Source of the DNA: an uncultured Nitrospiraceae bacterium
Lineage (GTDB): Bacteria > Nitrospirota > Thermodesulfovibrionia > Thermodesulfovibrionales > UBA6898
Assembly (NCBI GenBank): GCA_963811165.1
Contig: CAWEQH010000010.1
Span: forward strand, 96,001-160,000
DNA length: 64,000 nucleotides
Reading direction: 5' to 3'
Shown: one piece after another, positions 59,779 through 64,000 of the stretch
Position numbering within the stretch: position 1 is the first letter of the stretch
Layout: the number at the start of each line of letters is the position of its first letter
The notes under the pieces: model-generated
Told to the model about the DNA's origin: nothing
Seen by the model: the letters and a program-made list of their open reading frames with translations, nothing else
Database searches by the model: none
Position numbers and translations under genes: made by a program

Positions 59779-61559
59779 TTCGCAATAAGGGCTGCGGTGA
59801 AATCCGCGAGACAGATATACATTCCGTGATGACCATCGCCGGATGGGTATTCAGGCGGAGGGACCACGGCGGACTCATATTTATAGACTTAAGGGACAGA
59901 AGCGGCATCTGCCAGGTGGTCTTCAGTCCGGATGTCGCGGCCGAGGCCCACGAGAGGGCCCATGACCTGAGGTCAGAATACGTAATCGCGGTCAAAGGGG
60001 AGATAAGGAAAAGGCCGGAAGGTACTGAAAACACGGGCATGCCGACCGGCATGGTAGAGTTATACATACAGACCCTTGAGGTACTGAACGAGTCGGCTCC
60101 TCTGCCCTACAGCATGGAAGAAGCGGCTGAGGCGGGCGAAGCTCTGCGTCTTAAACACCGGTATCTCGACCTGCGAAGGCCGGAGATGCAGGGGAACCTT
60201 ATCATGCGCCACCGCGTCGCAAAGGCCATGAGGGACTTCCTCGATGAGAAGGGTTTTCTCGAGATCGAGACCCCCATGCTTACGAAGTCTACTCCCGAGG
60301 GCGCACGCGATTACCTTGTGCCGAGCCGCTTAAACCCAGGACATTTTTATGCGCTTCCCCAGTCGCCTCAGCTGTTTAAACAGATACTGATGGTCGCCGG
60401 CATGGAGAGGTATTTTCAGGTAGTGAAGTGCTTCCGCGACGAAGACCTCAGGGCCGACCGCCAGCCGGAATTTACCCAGGTCGATCTTGAGATGTCATTT
60501 ATCGATAGGGAAGACATCCTTTCCCTTATTGAGGAGATGATGAAGAGCCTTTTCAATAACGTCCTCGGCGTTGATCTCAAAACACCGTTTGAGAGGCTGA
60601 GTTACCAGGAGTCAATGGACAGGTTCGGCAACGATAAGCCCGACCTCAGGTTCGGCCTCGAGCTCAGAGACATGGCCGATCTGGCCGCGAGGGGGACGTT
60701 CAAGGTTTTTCTTGACGCGCTTCAGGGTGGGGGCATGGTGAAGGCGATAAACGGCAAGGGTATGGCGGGGCTGTCGAGGAAAGAGATAGATACGCTTACT
60801 GCCGAGGCCCAGTCCTTTGGCGCAAAGGGGCTCGCATGGATAAAGATGAAAAACGGGTTCGAATCCCCGATCGCGAAGTTTTTCCCTGAAGAGGTGCTGA
60901 AGGAAATGTCCGGCAGACTGGGGGCGGAGGAAGGCGATTTGATGCTCTTCGTGGCCGACAAGGCAAAGGTTGTCTATGATGTCCTGAGCCGTATGAGACT
61001 TGAACTCGGCAAAAAGCTCAATCTTGTGCAGGGAGGGTTCAGGTTTGTATGGGTGCTCGATTTCCCTCTCCTTGAATGGGACGAAGAGGAAGAGAGGTTC
61101 CAGGCGATGCACCATCCGTTCACATCTCCTCTTGACGACGATATCGCCAGGATGAAAGAAGGTGCCGGGGAAAGGAGCACGCTCTCTTTGCTGAAGGCGA
61201 AGGCATATGACATCGTCCTAAACGGCTACGAGATCGGCGGGGGGAGTATCCGTATCCACAGGCCCGATGTGCAGAGGAGTATGTTCGAGATACTGGGGAT
61301 TTCCGAGGAGGACGCCAGAGTGAAATTCGGGTTTTTGCTTGATGCATTGCAATACGGCGCGCCGCCGCACGGCGGGCTTGCGCTGGGACTCGACAGGCTC
61401 GTGATGCTGATGGTAGGGGCCACATCCATAAGGGACGTGATCGCCTTCCCAAAGACGCAGAAGGCGTTTTGCATGATGTCGGGCGCCCCTTCGACCGTAG
61501 ATCCGAAGCAGCTCAAGGAACTTCATATCAAGACCGATATCGTTGTCGATAAGACGTAA
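59775..61559 (+). CDS. aspS: Aspartate--tRNA ligase
   Basis: [46 protein letters not shown]. Confidence 0.98.
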   Translation: MIRNKGCGEIRETDIHSVMTIAGWVFRRRDHGGLIFIDLRDRSGICQVVFSPDVAAEAHERAHDLRSEYVIAVKGEIRKRPEGTENTGMPTGMVELYIQTLEVLNESAPLPYSMEEAAEAGEALRLKHRYLDLRRPEMQGNLIMRHRVAKAMRDFLDEKGFLEIETPMLTKSTPEGARDYLVPSRLNPGHFYALPQSPQLFKQILMVAGMERYFQVVKCFRDEDLRADRQPEFTQVDLEMSFIDREDILSLIEEMMKSLFNNVLGVDLKTPFERLSYQESMDRFGNDKPDLRFGLELRDMADLAARGTFKVFLDALQGGGMVKAINGKGMAGLSRKEIDTLTAEAQSFGAKGLAWIKMKNGFESPIAKFFPEEVLKEMSGRLGAEEGDLMLFVADKAKVVYDVLSRMRLELGKKLNLVQGGFRFVWVLDFPLLEWDEEEERFQAMHHPFTSPLDDDIARMKEGAGERSTLSLLKAKAYDIVLNGYEIGGGSIRIHRPDVQRSMFEILGISEEDARVKFGFLLDALQYGAPPHGGLALGLDRLVMLMVGATSIRDVIAFPKTQKAFCMMSGAPSTVDPKQLKELHIKTDIVVDKT

Positions 61560-61752
61560 GGTTATCTCAAAATATCAGCCGGTAGAGGTGGTTCCGGGCG
61601 AGAAGTATAGCCACAACTTCGCATTTTCCAAGTCGGTAGATGGCTCTCAATTTACGAGATGAATGATGCACTGCTGCCGTTATGATGTCCGATTGAAAAG
61701 AGGTAAACCAGCGAGCTTCAACCTTGCATCTACCAATATCTCACCATTTTTT

Positions 61753-62685
61753 TCATAAAGCTTTCTCCTCCACTACCACACAACTTACTTCAACCCGGTT
61801 TCGCCCCTTCTCTTTCGCCCGGTAGAGGGCTGTGTCGGCTTCCCGGATGAGAGAGTCCATATCAGCTCTCTTTCGTCCTCCGCTTAATGCAGCCCCCAAA
61901 CTCATGCTACAGGATATCATCCCCTCTGGCGTGTCCATTTTGTCGCGGCATATGCATATGCACAGCCTTTCGGCAAGATCGAAGATACTCTTGTCGTCAC
62001 ACCCCGGCGCCACAAGGAGGAATTCCTCTCCGCCATAGCGGCCGATGGCATCGTACGGCCGCATTACTGCGGTCATTCGCTTTGCGGTGAGACGAAGCAC
62101 CGCATCCCCGGCCTGATGGCCATAGGTGTCATTGACTGTCTTGAAGTGATCGAGGTCGGCCATTAGCACGCCTACGCATGTCCCCTGCCGCGCGGCCCTT
62201 TCCATCTCGATCCCGAGGATTCGGAGGATCTCCTCATGGTTGCAAAGACCCGTAAGCGGATCGTGGCTTGCCTTTGCCCGGAGCGCTTCGCGGGCTTCGA
62301 TGAGTTCATCCTGGAGTTCGATAATCCGCCTCCCCGCCCTCAGGCGAACCCTGAGCTCATTGGATCTGAAGGGCTTGGTGATATAGTCGTCGGCCCCTGC
62401 CTCCATCCCTATTACTATATCTTCTTCCCTCTGGAGTGTCGTGAGAAGGATTATATATGTATAAGGTTCCCTTGATTCCTTTCTGACTCTTCGGCAAACC
62501 TCTACCCCGTCGATTCCCGGCATCATCCAATCAAGTACCGCCATACTCGGAGCATACTTGGCTCTGAGGGTATCCCACGCCTCTTCACCGTTGCAGGTAA
62601 TGACCACATCATAGCCCCACTTGGCCAGTTTGGCTTCGAGAAGACGCCGTGAAACAGCGTCATCCTCCGCGATCAGTATTCTCAT
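61753..62685 (-). CDS. Response regulator diguanylate cyclase (REC-GGEEF)
   Basis: ILIAEDD, LDWMMP, DHFKTVNDTYGH, I-site RPYD, GGEEF. Confidence 0.93.
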   Translation of the reverse strand: MRILIAEDDAVSRRLLEAKLAKWGYDVVITCNGEEAWDTLRAKYAPSMAVLDWMMPGIDGVEVCRRVRKESREPYTYIILLTTLQREEDIVIGMEAGADDYITKPFRSNELRVRLRAGRRIIELQDELIEAREALRAKASHDPLTGLCNHEEILRILGIEMERAARQGTCVGVLMADLDHFKTVNDTYGHQAGDAVLRLTAKRMTAVMRPYDAIGRYGGEEFLLVAPGCDDKSIFDLAERLCICICRDKMDTPEGMISCSMSLGAALSGGRKRADMDSLIREADTALYRAKEKGRNRVEVSCVVVEEKAL

Positions 62686-64000
62686 ATTCCTTTCCTCCTG
62701 CAAATTGATCAAGCGCCCGAAGCAGTCGCTCGATTTCCTTTTCAAGGGAAGCCAGACCTTCCTTCGCTCCGGCAAGGTCTCCTTTCTTGCCCATCATCTC
62801 AAGGGCCATGGCACGCTCCCGGACCACAGGGGCGCCGAAGTTCCCGACCGCGCCTTTCAATCCGTGAGCCGCGCGGCTGAGCGCAACCGGGCTCCCCTCG
62901 CCGACAGCGAAACGGATCTCCGAGACCAGGACCGGGCACTCCTGGGCAAAAATCTTCACCACCTCCCCAAGTAGCACTCTGTCTCCGTCCACGGAGGCGA
63001 GGGCGGTTTCCATATCGAAGACGTGCATTTCAACTGCTTCGGGCCCTGGTGCGGCACTTTCTGCGTGTGCCGGGAGTCCCGGAATAAGCCCTTCGATGAC
63101 GGAGAATAGCTCAGCGGCCTTGAGGGGTTTGGAGACATAGCCGTCCATGCCAGCGTTCAGGCACATCTCTCTGTCCCCTTTCATGGCGTGTGCAGTAAGA
63201 GCGATGATCGGGACGTGTCCTCCCGCAGCCTTTTCTTTTTCGCGAATGACCGCGGTCGCCTCGATCCCGTCCATCTCCGGCATTTGTATATCCATGAGGA
63301 TGAGATCAAAGGGTTTGTCGTTTTCAACCGCGGAGGCCGCTTTTTTTCCATCTTCTGCGACAACCACCGCATGACCGCGTTTTTCAAGCATAGACACGGC
63401 TATTTTGCGGTTTACCGCGTTGTCTTCGGCAAGGAGCACCCTCAAACAGCCCGGGCCCTCCCGCAGAGTGTGACGGGTAACGAGGCGCGTTTGGTCTTCC
63501 TCTTGACATGAGCCCAGCACAGTCATGATCGCATCCAGGAGAGACGATTGTTTGATCGGCTTGGTCAGATAGGCCGCCACGCCCAGCTCCCGGCAGCGCA
63601 CAGCGTCGCCTCTTTGGCCGGAGGAGGTGAGCATCATGATCGTCGTCTTTCCTGGCTCGTTGTTTTGACGTATCCTCTCCACGAGTTCGAAGCCGTCCAT
63701 AACGGGCATATTGACATCGAGGAGAAGGAGGCGGAACGCTTCCCCTCTCCGCGCTGCCTCCTCAATCATCATAAGCGCCGACTGGCCGCTGTCTGCGATA
63801 CAAGGTTTCATGCGCCAATTTCTGAGCACATCTTCAAGAATGCGCCTGTTCGTTGCGTTATCGTCCACTACGAGCACTGCCAGGTCCTGGAGATTCGCAC
63901 GCTCTTCAGGTATCCGCTTCTGGAGGGGAACCTTCTGGAGTCCGAACCGAATGGTGAAGTGGAAGGCGCTTCCCTTGTCGGCTTCGCTTTTCACCCATAT
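62660..64000 (-). CDS. Hybrid histidine kinase, C-terminal part (end of HATPase, REC, REC, HPt), 5'-partial
   Basis: GSAFHFT, LVVDDNATNR/LLDVNMP, LLAEDN/LMDIQMP, HPt AHGLKGA. Confidence 0.92.
   Translation of the reverse strand: MWVKSEADKGSAFHFTIRFGLQKVPLQKRIPEERANLQDLAVLVVDDNATNRRILEDVLRNWRMKPCIADSGQSALMMIEEAARRGEAFRLLLLDVNMPVMDGFELVERIRQNNEPGKTTIMMLTSSGQRGDAVRCRELGVAAYLTKPIKQSSLLDAIMTVLGSCQEEDQTRLVTRHTLREGPGCLRVLLAEDNAVNRKIAVSMLEKRGHAVVVAEDGKKAASAVENDKPFDLILMDIQMPEMDGIEATAVIREKEKAAGGHVPIIALTAHAMKGDREMCLNAGMDGYVSKPLKAAELFSVIEGLIPGLPAHAESAAPGPEAVEMHVFDMETALASVDGDRVLLGEVVKIFAQECPVLVSEIRFAVGEGSPVALSRAAHGLKGAVGNFGAPVVRERAMALEMMGKKGDLAGAKEGLASLEKEIERLLRALDQFAGGKEYENTDRGG

Noticed and set aside
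61560..61752. Gene remnant or ncRNA between aspS and the diguanylate cyclase
   Set aside because: No ORF or structure I could assign

Overview
A 64-kb bacterial chromosome segment, mostly housekeeping genes. Gene content suggests an anaerobe of the Nitrospirota/Thermodesulfovibrionia or Desulfobacterota type (inference only). In order it holds: a TVP38/flavin disulfide reductase/radical SAM cluster at the 3' end of tRNA-Thr; a STAS-cheA-cheW-MCP chemotaxis operon; a Tat-exported selenocysteine formate dehydrogenase with HybA/HybB-type partners; a hidden UxxC selenoprotein of the DsbA family overlapping an atypical di-heme cytochrome c peroxidase; a 1,380-aa PPDK-like protein lacking the PEP domain, coupled to a divergent GAPDH; hicAB; tRNA-Asn; nfeD/stomatin; yceD-rpmF-plsX-fabH; an internally deleted MmeI remnant carrying in-frame REP insertions; mutS; gcvH-lpdA-hypothetical-eno-ftsB-GH57; an exosortase H pair; rlmI-like, folP, ftsH, rph and murI; an ArsR-TolC-MFP-RND efflux operon with a frameshifted RND gene; a hidden FmdB-like zinc-ribbon probable selenoprotein; a 5'-nucleotidase; dksA-like, rluB and aspS; a REC-GGEEF protein; and a partial hybrid kinase. 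Three MITE-like elements carry the same type of bipartite palindrome. The best candidates for new biology are the FDH(Sec)-HybAB-DsbA(Sec)-di-heme peroxidase module, the zinc-ribbon selenoprotein, and the truncated dikinase + GAPDH pair. Several single-base indels look like assembly errors.
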